Numbered from the stretch's first letter, positions 8,662 through 18,803 are shown. The stretch: 64,000 nt of DNA from Pseudomonadota bacterium (GCA_041178085.1 JBEGVZ010000119.1:1-64000), one strand, 5' to 3'. Numbers and translations: made by a program. Notes: generated by a model from the sequence alone, not told the origin.

Positions 8662-10779
8662 ATGGTCTCCAACGTTGCCGTATCAGACAAGAACACCAGT
8701 GACAGCGACAAGCTGCTGCGCCGTCTTTACGCCATGCGCAGGTCACAACTGCCACCGATGGGTTCTCGATCATGGCCGTTGATGGCCATTTCAGTCACGC
8801 TTGCAATCGCACTGATGTCGACACTGCTCTCTCTTGCTTGGGTCCAGCGCAGTGAACTTGATTACTTGCGGAACTCCGCCGGCGTGCAAACCTTTGAGGA
8901 CCTGCCGTGGACCGTAGAAATCCCGGGGCGGCCGACTGCAACCCTGGGCTTGGCTGGGCTTGCAGAAATCCGTGTCGCTGAACTCGGCGGCAACACAGGT
9001 TCCTACACCCTGTCCACGGAGATCCCTGCGGAAAAAATGCGAACGATCCGTGGCGGAACATCCAGCGAACCAGTCGTCCTGTCGCTTCCCGCGTTTCCCT
9101 TTGTACGCGCCAGAGTCGAAACAACATGGATCCCGCCTCGCGACTTTGTCGGTGGCGAGAGCCTGACTTTGCCGTACTTGATACCTGAAGGAGGTTTCAA
9201 CACAGACTCGTTCCGCATAAAGGTGACGCTCACTCCGACACCAACCCAGCAAAACATACTTGCTTCGCGCGTAAACCAGGTCCCTCTCTTCCTTGCCGGC
9301 ATGGTTCGCTTTCAGAAGTACCAGGACTTTGCCGCAGCCCGGCGTGTGGGATCCGGAAAACAACTGGCAGACATCGGGCGCATTGTCTTGGCCGTCTTCT
9401 CTGTCTTTCTTTTCATCTTCATTGACAGTTCCGCAGAATGCCTTGCCCTGGGCATTTTCATGGGCCTCAAGGCTCTTGGTGTGGTTGTTTCACAGCGCTG
9501 GCTGAATGACAGCTTTTTGCCTGCACAATTGGTCGCCACACTCCCGCCATTTTTGCTTTCGTTTGCTGATTTCATGCAGCTTTACTTCTTCACCCAGCTT
9601 GCTCGTCTTTTGCCTCCCAGACCGCTGCGCTGGCTGGTGGCCGGCATCGCATTCGGCCTGGTCTATACGTGGGGAGTAAACATCACACCGACTCCGGGGG
9701 GCATAAATTGGCCGGCAGAAGTCTGGCGCTACCGAAACATCCTGATCGGGATCGGCTGCCTTGCCTGTTCATTGCCAGTGGCTGTGCTTTGCTGGCGCGA
9801 TGGAAACTTCCACCGCTCGGCGGCACTGATGCTGGCCTCGTCCGGAGTGATCGTCCAGATTGTGACTCCCATCGCCGTCAACATACCTGGTGTGAGCGAC
9901 ATGGTCTGGTTCCGAACGTGGTACAACCTTTTTGAAACCCACACGCCCTATGTTTTTGCGCTGAGCACATTCATCAACGTGTCGACCCTGGAACAACGAG
10001 TGAAGGCGCTAAGCTCCGCAGCTGTCCATACAAAGTTGATCGAGCGGGAAATGAGCCTGGGGCGCGAGGTGCAGGAAGCACTTTTCCAGCGTCCGGCCAT
10101 GCCCCAGGGAATCACTTTGGCGTTCAGCCACGAGCCTGCTTTATATGTCTCCGGTGACGTGATGTACGCGAACCACGACGCGACCAACAAGACCGTCTCC
10201 GCAGTGATCTGTGACGTGACTGGACACGGAGTGCAAGCAGCACTCAAGGCAAGCATCTGCACGGCCTTGTGTGAATCAATCTGGGATGGTTCCCGCTTGC
10301 GTCCAGGCGACAAGCCGGCCCATCGCATGGAGATTTTCTACCGTCGTGCCGTGGGCTTCTTTTCACGCACGCAGGGAAAAAATGAAGTTCTTGCCCTGGT
10401 CGGATGCGAAGTCTCACTGGAACAGAGAACGATTTCCCTTTACCGGGCCAATGCCGTTCTCCCCATGCAGGTCAGCCGCCCAGATTCCCGGTCCCCCTGG
10501 CGTGCAACGCCGCTGACAATCCCGGCCGAGAGTCCCTTCGAGTTGGACCTCCCCCAGCAGATGACTCCGGAACTCTGTCCCGCTTTCATCTGCCTCTTCA
10601 GTGACGGACTGATCGATTCAAGCCGCGTTTATAAGTCTCTTGTCACCTGGCTTGAAGCGCGCCTTGCCGCCGAGCCCCAGGTCAGCGCAGAGCATCTCAA
10701 GTCAATCATCCTGTCTTTTCCCGGCTGGAACCAAACCAATGACGACCGCACTTTAGCCGTGATCGGGATTGAGATTTAA
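8662..10779 (+). CDS. Multi-TM membrane protein with extracytoplasmic domain and C-terminal SpoIIE/PP2C-like phosphatase
   Basis: N-terminal TM, periplasmic region, about 7 hydrophobic helices, then VSGD, CDVTGHG, FSDG, NDDRT PP2C motifs. Confidence 0.85.
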   Translation: MVSNVAVSDKNTSDSDKLLRRLYAMRRSQLPPMGSRSWPLMAISVTLAIALMSTLLSLAWVQRSELDYLRNSAGVQTFEDLPWTVEIPGRPTATLGLAGLAEIRVAELGGNTGSYTLSTEIPAEKMRTIRGGTSSEPVVLSLPAFPFVRARVETTWIPPRDFVGGESLTLPYLIPEGGFNTDSFRIKVTLTPTPTQQNILASRVNQVPLFLAGMVRFQKYQDFAAARRVGSGKQLADIGRIVLAVFSVFLFIFIDSSAECLALGIFMGLKALGVVVSQRWLNDSFLPAQLVATLPPFLLSFADFMQLYFFTQLARLLPPRPLRWLVAGIAFGLVYTWGVNITPTPGGINWPAEVWRYRNILIGIGCLACSLPVAVLCWRDGNFHRSAALMLASSGVIVQIVTPIAVNIPGVSDMVWFRTWYNLFETHTPYVFALSTFINVSTLEQRVKALSSAAVHTKLIEREMSLGREVQEALFQRPAMPQGITLAFSHEPALYVSGDVMYANHDATNKTVSAVICDVTGHGVQAALKASICTALCESIWDGSRLRPGDKPAHRMEIFYRRAVGFFSRTQGKNEVLALVGCEVSLEQRTISLYRANAVLPMQVSRPDSRSPWRATPLTIPAESPFELDLPQQMTPELCPAFICLFSDGLIDSSRVYKSLVTWLEARLAAEPQVSAEHLKSIILSFPGWNQTNDDRTLAVIGIEI

Positions 10780-10787
10780 GCGCAAAT

Positions 10788-10818
10788 AAAAAATTCCCGG
10801 GCTCCAAGAGCCCGGGAA
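10788..10818 (-). terminator. Intrinsic terminator between convergent genes
   Basis: ttcccgggctc-caa-gagcccgggaa 11-bp stem with an A-run on the left (U-run on the minus strand). Confidence 0.75.
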
Positions 10819-10841
10819 CATTCACTTAGACAGTCAATTGC

Positions 10842-11699
10842 TTACTTCTTAACTTCGAATGAGCAGTTGTAGGTCGGCTCGGCCAGGACCGTCATGACGC
10901 ACTCGACCTTGCGGATAACGTAGGTGGAAGCACCGATCAACTGCGGGTTCACGTTGGCGCCTTGCTCATCAAGCATTGCGATCAAGCCTTCCAGCAAGCC
11001 TGCTTCAACTGCACCAAGGCTGCGTCCAGCCTTCGAAACTTCGCATTCCTTCGTCAAGTTGGCGTCGAAAGTCTGTTTGCAGGAAACTTCATCGGCCTTC
11101 AGCGTCACGGCGCCAAGGATCGGACGGCCGTCAACGGTCTCTGGTGCAACACCAGCGGACTCAAGCGCATTGTGCAGGATCTTCGCTTGATCGCCGGAGA
11201 TTTCCTTGCGCGGGCTTGCGTTATCGTCAGGACGCTTGGCCACTTCGAATTCACAGCGCGTGATCGAGAATGGGCCGTTGCCGCGGGTACACAGCAACTT
11301 GCTCGCTTCGTAATTGTTGACGCCATAGATGGCATGCATGGTCTTGGCACCGGCCTGATCGAGGACAAGAGCAGCTCTCTTGGCCAGGGCGGCATCCTTA
11401 ACTGCAAAAGATTCGCCTTCCTTGCGGAACTGGCACTCGGCGTCCTGCGTCGCGTTCATGGTGATCTTGCAATATGCGCCCTCAGCAGAAATGCTGGTCG
11501 TCACCACGATGATGCGCCCGTCGCTCTGTTCAGGCCTGATTCCGGCATTTCTCATCGCATCAAACAGGGCATCGGCTGACTTGCCGTTGGCTATGCGACG
11601 GACGGGACCTGACGCCTGCTGCTTGATTGAGGAGTTGGTGTTTTCGATACCACAAGCGGTTGCAGCCAGGCCGAAGAGAACAAGAGCGATCTTTTTCAC
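10842..11699 (-). CDS. Hypothetical lipoprotein built from internal Cys-paired repeats
   Basis: GTG 11699 with GGAGG RBS; MKKIALVLFGLAATAC lipobox; two ~120-aa halves ending CEFEV and CSFEV. Confidence 0.85.
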   Translation of the reverse strand: MKKIALVLFGLAATACGIENTNSSIKQQASGPVRRIANGKSADALFDAMRNAGIRPEQSDGRIIVVTTSISAEGAYCKITMNATQDAECQFRKEGESFAVKDAALAKRAALVLDQAGAKTMHAIYGVNNYEASKLLCTRGNGPFSITRCEFEVAKRPDDNASPRKEISGDQAKILHNALESAGVAPETVDGRPILGAVTLKADEVSCKQTFDANLTKECEVSKAGRSLGAVEAGLLEGLIAMLDEQGANVNPQLIGASTYVIRKVECVMTVLAEPTYNCSFEVKK

Positions 11700-11732
11700 G
11701 AGAACCTCCAATTTGAAAGATGGATCTCATTG

Positions 11733-11748
11733 AGCAACCTGCGTGCCA
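11733..11748 (-). promoter_or_regulatory. sigma54 (-24/-12) promoter
   Basis: Minus strand TGGCACGCAGGTTGCT matches TGGCAC-N5-TTGC, about 35 bp upstream of the lipoprotein start. Confidence 0.8.
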
Positions 11749-11847
11749 GTTGAGGTTGGCGGGATTGATGAATTCATAAGTGGGCGTAATGCTTTGGAAC
11801 AGCGGCTAATAAAACCAGATCAGGGGCTCCGCGGCTAGAACGCACCT

Positions 11848-11876
11848 CTGTCAAAAGGCGTGACAGATGACTGTCA
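11848..11876. promoter_or_regulatory. Putative enhancer (UAS) for a sigma54 activator
   Basis: CTGTCA-N7-TGACAG-N4-CTGTCA interlocking inverted repeats 100-128 bp upstream of the -24 box. Confidence 0.55.
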
Positions 11877-11930
11877 AACGCCATCGTACCCATCGGCAGA
11901 TTTCACAATTTTAATAATAAATATAGATAC

Positions 11931-14900
11931 TTAAGTCTCTCGGTAGCGCGCCACCATGCGACTACCCCAGGCACGGACATTATCCAGGTAAAGGTAGACG
12001 CACGGCACCACCACCAGGGAAAGAACGGTGGAGCTGATCAGGCCACCGATTGTGGCAATGCCCATCCCGGCGCGGACCTTGTTGATCTCTCCGTAACCAA
12101 ATGCCACCGGCAACATCCCGGCTACCATGGCAATCGTCGTCATGACGATTGGTCGCATGCGCCGGGTTCCAGCGGTAAAAAGTGCGTCGTGGCGTTCCAT
12201 GCCTTCGGCGCGGAGCTGCTCTGCATAGTCCACGAGAAGGATCGCGTTCTTGGTCACCAGCGCCATCAAAAGGATGATCCCGATCACACCGTAAATGTCC
12301 ATGAACTTGCCACTGACAAGAAGGGCAAGGATCGCACCTACGATCGCAAGGGGCAGCGTCATCAATATTGAAAAGGGAAGGATGAAGGATTCGTAGAGGG
12401 AGGCCATAACCATATAAATGAACAACGCACCGAGTCCGAGCGCCACCACGGCCCCTGCGCGCAAATCGCGCAAGCTTTTCGCCTGGCCCTGGAAGTCCAA
12501 CGAGTAGCCCGGTGGTAACATTGATCCCGCCAGATCACGCAACTTGGTCACGACGTCGTTCAAGGCAAAACCAGGGACAAGGTCACCTTCGATGCGCGCT
12601 GACCGTTTCAAGTCAATGCGGACGATACTGGTGGGACTGACTCCAACCTGGGCCCTGGCAACCGTGTTGAGCGGGACGGCAGCACCGCGGTCGTTGGGCA
12701 TGGAAAACCCGTCAAGGGCCAACGCATCCGAACGCTGGTCCGCCTTGAGGCGCACGCGGATATCGTATTCCTCGCCAAGCTCGCGGTAAACGCCCGCCGG
12801 GATTCCCTCGTAGAGACCCCGGACCTGCTGGCCGATCTCATCGATACGCAAACCGAAAGCGGAGGCATTGTCGCGATTGACCACGACTTGCAGCTCCTGG
12901 CGGCCTGGCTTCAGGTTGGTCTCAAGGCCGGCAACCCCCGGCACCTTTTCCGTAGCCGCTTGAATGAGATCCATCGAAACTTTTCGCAGTACATCGTTAT
13001 CCGGTCCCTGAACGACCATCGTGACGGGCCTGCCGCCACCTGCGTTGCCAGGGTTGCGGATTGATATGGTCAGCTTTTCGACATCCGTGAAAGGGCGAAG
13101 GGACTGGCGCACAGCCGTCTTCACCTGGCTGGTCGTACGGCTCCGTTCCTTGAATGGGACCATGCGGGCATAAACGGAAGCAACATTCGTCTCTTCAAGT
13201 TCATTACCGACGCGGATCGATGTGAACGCAACCTCAGGGGCGTTCTTGCGCACCTGCGCCTCAACCTCGCCCGCGATCCTGGACATGCGTTCAAACGAAG
13301 TGCCGGGCAAGGCCTCAAGGTTGACTTCAAATTCGCCGCTTTCGTCATCGGGCAGGAACGTGAAACCTACTTGCTTCATCAGGCCAATCGATATGGCAAA
13401 GAAAACCGCAGCGGCAATCACTGTCCACCCCTTCTGGCGAAGGCAAATGCGCAGCGCAGCCGCGTAAAAGTTGCTGACGTATTCCCACTGACGGTCGAAC
13501 CAGACCAGCGCCTTGTTCTTTGAGTGCAGATGCTTCAGCGACCCCTTGCGCATGACGTTAGCGGACAGCATCGGCGCAATCGTCACGGCATCAAACGTGC
13601 TGAGGATGATCCCGATGCAAACCGTGACCGCAAAGGCGGCAAAAAAACGGCCCGTAATCCCGGGTATGAAAGTGACGGGGAAAAACACTGCCAGTACGGT
13701 CAAAGATGTCGCAAGGACCGCGACCATCACTTCGCTGGTGCCGTGCAGGGCCGCAGCTTTTGCCTCCATGCCCTTTTCAATCTTGGCCCAGATGTTTTCC
13801 CGGATCACGATCGCGTCGTCCAGAATCAGGCCAACTGATAGCGTCAGCCCAAGGAGCGACATGATGTTCAGCGTATAGCCCATGTAGTGAAGGACGCTGA
13901 AGGATCCGACAATCGTACAGGGCAGTGCAAGGCCAGTGATCAGCGTGGACTGCATCGATCCCAGGAAAAAGTAAACGACGACAATAGCCAGGATACCGGC
14001 GATGACGATGGTTTCAATCACGTCATGGACGCTGGCCCGGATGAACCTTGCGCCGTCATAGACAGCCTCAAGACGGACGCCCTCGGGCAACGAGGCGTTC
14101 ATCTCGCCCAGACCGCCCAAAACTTTTTCAGCGACACTGACCGTGTTTGCGTCCGACTGTTTCTTGACTTCCAGCAACACGGCTGGATCCCCGCCAACGC
14201 GCACAAGATTTGTTTGTTCCTTCAGCCCGTCCTCAACTTGCGCGATATCGGCCACTCGCACCACGCGCCCACCGGGCAGGGTCTTCACGATCGTCGCGGA
14301 AATATCGGCAACGTTGGCGAATTGCCCGATCACGCGCAGGCTCCGGCGCGAGGGCATCTCGCTGATCTCGCCCGACGGAGTGTTGATGTTGCCCTTGCGT
14401 ATTGCGTCGGCAATCTCCGGCACGCCTATATTGAAGGACTGGAGTTTGATCCGGTCGACATGGACCTGCACTTCGCGCTCGCGACCACCGAAGACATTGA
14501 CTTGACCGACGCCGTCGATACGCTGGATGAGCGGACGCACCGTCTGCTCACCCATCAAGCGCAATACGCCTTCATTGTACTTATTTGCCGCTTCTGAATT
14601 TGCAGGTTTGAGGGCAATGGTCGCGATCGCACGGTCTTCGAAGTTCAAGCGTTCGATAAGAGGTTCTTCGATGTCATCCGGAAGGTCACTGCGGATACGC
14701 TGAACTTTGTCGCGAACGTCAGCCTGTGCCGATTTGGCGTCGACCTCAAGTTTGAACTCAACCACAACGCGCGAAATGTTTTGCTGCGACGTCGAGACAA
14801 TACGTTCAATCCCGCCGATCTGGTTGACCTGGTCCTCAATCTTCTTGCTGACCAGGACTTCGACTTCCTCAGGGCCGGCGCCCGGATACCTTGTTGTCAC

Positions 14901-15038
14901 GGTGATGACGGGAGGATCGATCTTCGGGTACAGGTCGACACCAATGCGGTTGTAGCCGATCAAGCCGAGCACGATGAGCAGGCTTTCGATCATGACGACG
15001 AAAACGGGGCGTTCGATGCACAGTTTGATAAAACCCAA
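11931..15038 (-). CDS. RND efflux transporter permease (AcrB/AcrD/AcrF family)
   Basis: 1035 aa; ERPVF N-terminus, TM4 GLILDDAIVIRENI, TM10 KNAILLVD, RMRPIVMTT proton-relay motifs intact; TTG start. Confidence 0.96.
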   Translation of the reverse strand: MGFIKLCIERPVFVVMIESLLIVLGLIGYNRIGVDLYPKIDPPVITVTTRYPGAGPEEVEVLVSKKIEDQVNQIGGIERIVSTSQQNISRVVVEFKLEVDAKSAQADVRDKVQRIRSDLPDDIEEPLIERLNFEDRAIATIALKPANSEAANKYNEGVLRLMGEQTVRPLIQRIDGVGQVNVFGGREREVQVHVDRIKLQSFNIGVPEIADAIRKGNINTPSGEISEMPSRRSLRVIGQFANVADISATIVKTLPGGRVVRVADIAQVEDGLKEQTNLVRVGGDPAVLLEVKKQSDANTVSVAEKVLGGLGEMNASLPEGVRLEAVYDGARFIRASVHDVIETIVIAGILAIVVVYFFLGSMQSTLITGLALPCTIVGSFSVLHYMGYTLNIMSLLGLTLSVGLILDDAIVIRENIWAKIEKGMEAKAAALHGTSEVMVAVLATSLTVLAVFFPVTFIPGITGRFFAAFAVTVCIGIILSTFDAVTIAPMLSANVMRKGSLKHLHSKNKALVWFDRQWEYVSNFYAAALRICLRQKGWTVIAAAVFFAISIGLMKQVGFTFLPDDESGEFEVNLEALPGTSFERMSRIAGEVEAQVRKNAPEVAFTSIRVGNELEETNVASVYARMVPFKERSRTTSQVKTAVRQSLRPFTDVEKLTISIRNPGNAGGGRPVTMVVQGPDNDVLRKVSMDLIQAATEKVPGVAGLETNLKPGRQELQVVVNRDNASAFGLRIDEIGQQVRGLYEGIPAGVYRELGEEYDIRVRLKADQRSDALALDGFSMPNDRGAAVPLNTVARAQVGVSPTSIVRIDLKRSARIEGDLVPGFALNDVVTKLRDLAGSMLPPGYSLDFQGQAKSLRDLRAGAVVALGLGALFIYMVMASLYESFILPFSILMTLPLAIVGAILALLVSGKFMDIYGVIGIILLMALVTKNAILLVDYAEQLRAEGMERHDALFTAGTRRMRPIVMTTIAMVAGMLPVAFGYGEINKVRAGMGIATIGGLISSTVLSLVVVPCVYLYLDNVRAWGSRMVARYRET

Positions 15039-15149
15039 AACCTTCGCCCCCCAACCAAACCTTAACGCCTGCCACGTTCCATTCCACTAACGCAACCCCA
15101 GCCGACACGCCACTTTTCATTTGCTCGCGATTCATCTAAGCTGCGCCCC

Positions 15150-16265
15150 GTGCTGGCAAAGCTTTCTAAAATCGTCACCAGATTGTCCACATCATGGCAT
15201 GCCCTGCGGCCCAAACGCAGGCGCGAGGTCACGGCTGGAGTTGTCTGCCTCGTGCTGATGTTCTGGTTGGTTTTGCGCGGCAAGCCCGCAGACATCCGTC
15301 TGGAGCCTGCGGAAGTCACGTTCATGGCCGGGTACACCGACCAAATCCAATGCATGACCCGTCCCCGGGCGCTGGCTGAAACATTTCTTTCGGTTCAGCA
15401 CGGTGGCCGCCTGGACCGCCTCCTAAAAAATCCGGGGGATCCTGTGAAAGCGGGCGATATCATCGCGGTTGTGGATGAGACAGCGAATGCCGCCGGACTG
15501 AAAAGCGCGCTTAGCGGTTTTCGCCACGCCCAGGCTGACGACGGTCGCATTGCCAGCCTCTACCGCAGTGGTGCCGTGACCCGGGAAGAATTTGACGCGA
15601 CCCGCTCGCGCCTTGATGTGAAACGTGCCGAACTCGAGCAAGCGCGCCAGAAAGTCGAAGACGGCATTGTCCGCTCGCCAGTGGACGGAGTCCTGGCAAC
15701 CGTTGTGTTCAAGCCTGGGGACAAAGTTCCAGATGGCGGCCGCGTTGCCGCGGTCGAAGACCCCGAGGGCACCCAGGCGACTTGCCGGATGCCGTCTGAA
15801 TCAGCTGAAATGCTTGCAAAAAATAATGATGAACGTTCGTCTTTATGGACCGTGGTTGATGCCAATCCACCGTTGACGGTGCAGGTTCCCGCCCGCGTGA
15901 CAGTGCTCCAGGCCGAAGGTGGTTTCCGCGGACTGGATGTCGATGTGCGGATCGAAACCAAAGCGCCCCAGGCAAAACAGACCGCAGGCAAACTCACAGA
16001 AATCAAGCTGCCGATGCAGGAGCGCCAGAACGTGACCAAAATCCCCTCGCTCGCTGTCGTACGCCGCGAGGGCGGTTCTTTTGTCCTGATCCAGAAAGCA
16101 GACGGCGCCTATGCGTGGCAAAGAATGTCCATCCTCAATCAAACTGCTCAAGAAACCATCGCTGCCGACATTCCGGTAGGCGCACGCGTGTTCCTGGTGA
16201 AAGACGACCCGACCAAAATCGAAGCCTGGCTCAACGCGCGCAATCATTCGTCAATTCGCAAATAA
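15150..16265 (+). CDS. RND periplasmic adaptor (membrane fusion protein)
   Basis: N-terminal TM anchor, lipoyl halves (GDPVKAGDII / VRSPVDGVL...PGDKV), coiled hairpin, IPSLAVV. Confidence 0.88.
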   Translation: MLAKLSKIVTRLSTSWHALRPKRRREVTAGVVCLVLMFWLVLRGKPADIRLEPAEVTFMAGYTDQIQCMTRPRALAETFLSVQHGGRLDRLLKNPGDPVKAGDIIAVVDETANAAGLKSALSGFRHAQADDGRIASLYRSGAVTREEFDATRSRLDVKRAELEQARQKVEDGIVRSPVDGVLATVVFKPGDKVPDGGRVAAVEDPEGTQATCRMPSESAEMLAKNNDERSSLWTVVDANPPLTVQVPARVTVLQAEGGFRGLDVDVRIETKAPQAKQTAGKLTEIKLPMQERQNVTKIPSLAVVRREGGSFVLIQKADGAYAWQRMSILNQTAQETIAADIPVGARVFLVKDDPTKIEAWLNARNHSSIRK

Positions 16266-16311
16266 AAAGGCCGCCACGGGGTGCGGCGGAGAATCGCCTC
16301 TCCTACAGGCT

Positions 16312-17307
16312 TCAACCTGAGATGGGAATGCCCAGGCCCATGGTCAGCATCCGCCCGGCAATGCTTGAACGATCCGGGCCATTCGTCTCTGGACGAACGC
16401 TGCCGCGTTGCCGGTATTGCACAAAAATCTCGTGGTTGCCCGCCGAACGAATGGCGGAGCCGATGGCAAAGGTGGCTCCGTGAAAGACTGAAGAAAAAGT
16501 ATCAAAGTGACCGTCACCGGTCTGCCGGACAATATCCGCTCCGTAGCCCGCCGTGATCCAAAGGCGAACCCCCGCCGACTCTGCCTGATAACCCGAGTTC
16601 CAGCCGACCGTCAGGCCGCCGTCTGCGGCAACCAGCTGATAAGGATACATGCGGTCTTCGGTCACCACGCCACGCCGCGCGACCATGGCGTCACCCTGAA
16701 AGTAGCCGGCACCTGCCGAAAGGCCCCAGAAGGGAGTGCCAGCGGCTTTCGATCCCCGGAACGGGAGTTCCACCGGAATCTGTGCCGTGGCCTCCGCTGC
16801 AACACCAGTCAAAGTGGTGTCCGACATGATCCGGAAAGTGTCGTCGTCCTTCTCGGTTTCGTAAACTCCGGGCAACCAGTCCCAGCCGGCACCCAGACGC
16901 ACTTGGATACCGCGATGACGTGCAACGCGCTCACGCTCCTGCGCTTGCAAGTCCAGGGAAAGAATTTCGCTGACACGGGCAGAATCAATTGGTTGTAACG
17001 GTTTCGCCGCATCAGCGGCGGACGTCGACGGAGAAGTCGCTGGCTGTTGGGTGGCAGGGGCCGCTTCAGGGGCCTTGTTCACCGGTCGGCGTTTTTTTTG
17101 AATCGAAGGAGCCTTGGGAGCATCTCCCGTTAGATCAGCGGGCGCCGCGGCAGTTGGCGGTTGAGCCGTTTCCGCGCCACGATGACCCAGGGCCCGGTTG
17201 GCTTCATCCAGAAGAGAATCCAGTGAATCACCAGCAGCGAGCGCCGCAGGGGCGATCCCAATGGTCGCGCTTAAAACGAGAATTTTTTTTAATGCTGTTT
17301 TCAACAA
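16312..17307 (-). CDS. Hypothetical secreted protein, probable outer-membrane beta-barrel with Pro/Ala-rich N-terminal linker
   Basis: Signal peptide (ALA-A), low-complexity linker, amphipathic strands, C-terminal MLTMGLGIPISG. Confidence 0.65.
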   Translation of the reverse strand: MLKTALKKILVLSATIGIAPAALAAGDSLDSLLDEANRALGHRGAETAQPPTAAAPADLTGDAPKAPSIQKKRRPVNKAPEAAPATQQPATSPSTSAADAAKPLQPIDSARVSEILSLDLQAQERERVARHRGIQVRLGAGWDWLPGVYETEKDDDTFRIMSDTTLTGVAAEATAQIPVELPFRGSKAAGTPFWGLSAGAGYFQGDAMVARRGVVTEDRMYPYQLVAADGGLTVGWNSGYQAESAGVRLWITAGYGADIVRQTGDGHFDTFSSVFHGATFAIGSAIRSAGNHEIFVQYRQRGSVRPETNGPDRSSIAGRMLTMGLGIPISG

Positions 17308-17330
17308 ATTAAGAAACTCGCAGATCTAAC

Positions 17331-17350
17331 AGTCAAAAGCTGTTTTGACT
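17331..17350. promoter_or_regulatory. Perfect palindrome, candidate operator in a divergent promoter region
   Basis: AGTCAAAA-gctg-TTTTGACT between the divergent genes starting at 17307 and 17421. Confidence 0.45.
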
Positions 17351-17420
17351 TCTATGCCCGCATGATATCCCACTGGCGTTGTGAAAAGTCCACACTTGCT
17401 TGGCTTTCGACGGGGTTCAC

Positions 17421-18803
17421 ATGGTGCGCTTGCGCTCTCTCGGCAGACTCCTGATGGTTTCGGCAATCTTTGCGACCCATGGTTGTGCAAAGGAAACCAG
17501 CGCGGAAAATCGCAAGCGTGAAGAAACCGAGCGGCAATTCAACCGCCTCGAGAAAGCCACTGGCTCTTATCTCGGTTACGCCCTGACGGGCGACGACCAG
17601 ATCACTCCTCTCGAACTTGACCTCAGCGCGGCCCGCAACCCGGTGGAGGGAGACGACAATCCAGCACTGACGGCGACTCTGCGGATAGGATTATTCGGCG
17701 GCGTCAGGATTTCTTCCCGGTCCGTCTCTTACGACTGGGGCTCGGGCAAAATCACTGCCAGCTTTGACCGCAGCGGCGCGGGGGCCTCAGCGGTTCCCAC
17801 CAACGGCGCTGCTGGCCTGGGCTCGGGTGGATCGCGCAATAGCCCGCTGGAACTGCGGGGGATCCTGCGTGACGGCATGATCGAGTCGGCGGAAATTGAC
17901 GGTCCCAATACGGGGAAGACTCCCGTCCAACTTTCGAAGGCCGGACCGTACTTGTTTTCGGACCAGAGGAGCTACACCTACCAGGTGACCTTTGGTACGA
18001 CGCCAGCCCAAATCGATATCAAGCCCCTTGTCAGTCCGCGCGCCGCACCTGGAACATCCGACTTGCCTTTCCTTCCACCGCTTGAAGCATCGATTCGTTT
18101 TTCTGGCAGCGCCATCGTTCCACAAACGGCGACAGACGTGATTTACGAACCGCTCGCAGGCTTTCTTGAGCTGCAACTGCGCGCCGACGCCAAAATCCGC
18201 GTCGACGATCTGTTCCTGACACGCTCCGCCGTGCAAACGGGACTTCATGGCTGGACGCCGCCCGCGCAGTATGCGGGTCAGGTGATCCAGGGCGCGGCCG
18301 TTGTCGGTGATGCAAGATTCTCTGCAAACTTCCCTGGGCTGGGTGTTGCGCCACCTGACACCCTGCGTCAGCTGCCACCCCGTTATTTCACTGGCACTTA
18401 CCGTGGAAATCAAAGTCCCGTCGAGTTCCCGGCCATCGCATCCCTTGAGTACCTGAACACCCAGGGCACCAACTCAGCAGAGTATCCTTTTCCCGCGTTT
18501 CCCAAATTCCGCTTCAAAGTTCTTGTCTGTAGCGGTGGCCGTCCCCTCAAGGAAGGCACGTACGACATGAGCGCCATGAATCCTCTCGATGGGACAGCAC
18601 GCCTGATCGACACCCGCAATACAGTGGTCAGCGTCCTTGACCTGCGTTACGTCGACGACTGGAACCAGCTCATCGGCCGTTTTACGTCCAGCTCCAGTGG
18701 TGCCATCGACACCCGCGATCCGCAATTGCGCGTCTCTGCAACCAGCGGCATAGGTAACGTCGACTGCAGCTTCACGGCGGAGGCCAGGGAGCTTTCGCCT
18801 TGA
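17421..18803 (+). CDS. Hypothetical lipoprotein with about three beta-rich modules
   Basis: Lipobox-like THGC; stop overlaps the TTG start of the TolC gene; start choice (17400/17421/17454) uncertain. Confidence 0.8.
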   Translation: MVRLRSLGRLLMVSAIFATHGCAKETSAENRKREETERQFNRLEKATGSYLGYALTGDDQITPLELDLSAARNPVEGDDNPALTATLRIGLFGGVRISSRSVSYDWGSGKITASFDRSGAGASAVPTNGAAGLGSGGSRNSPLELRGILRDGMIESAEIDGPNTGKTPVQLSKAGPYLFSDQRSYTYQVTFGTTPAQIDIKPLVSPRAAPGTSDLPFLPPLEASIRFSGSAIVPQTATDVIYEPLAGFLELQLRADAKIRVDDLFLTRSAVQTGLHGWTPPAQYAGQVIQGAAVVGDARFSANFPGLGVAPPDTLRQLPPRYFTGTYRGNQSPVEFPAIASLEYLNTQGTNSAEYPFPAFPKFRFKVLVCSGGRPLKEGTYDMSAMNPLDGTARLIDTRNTVVSVLDLRYVDDWNQLIGRFTSSSSGAIDTRDPQLRVSATSGIGNVDCSFTAEARELSP

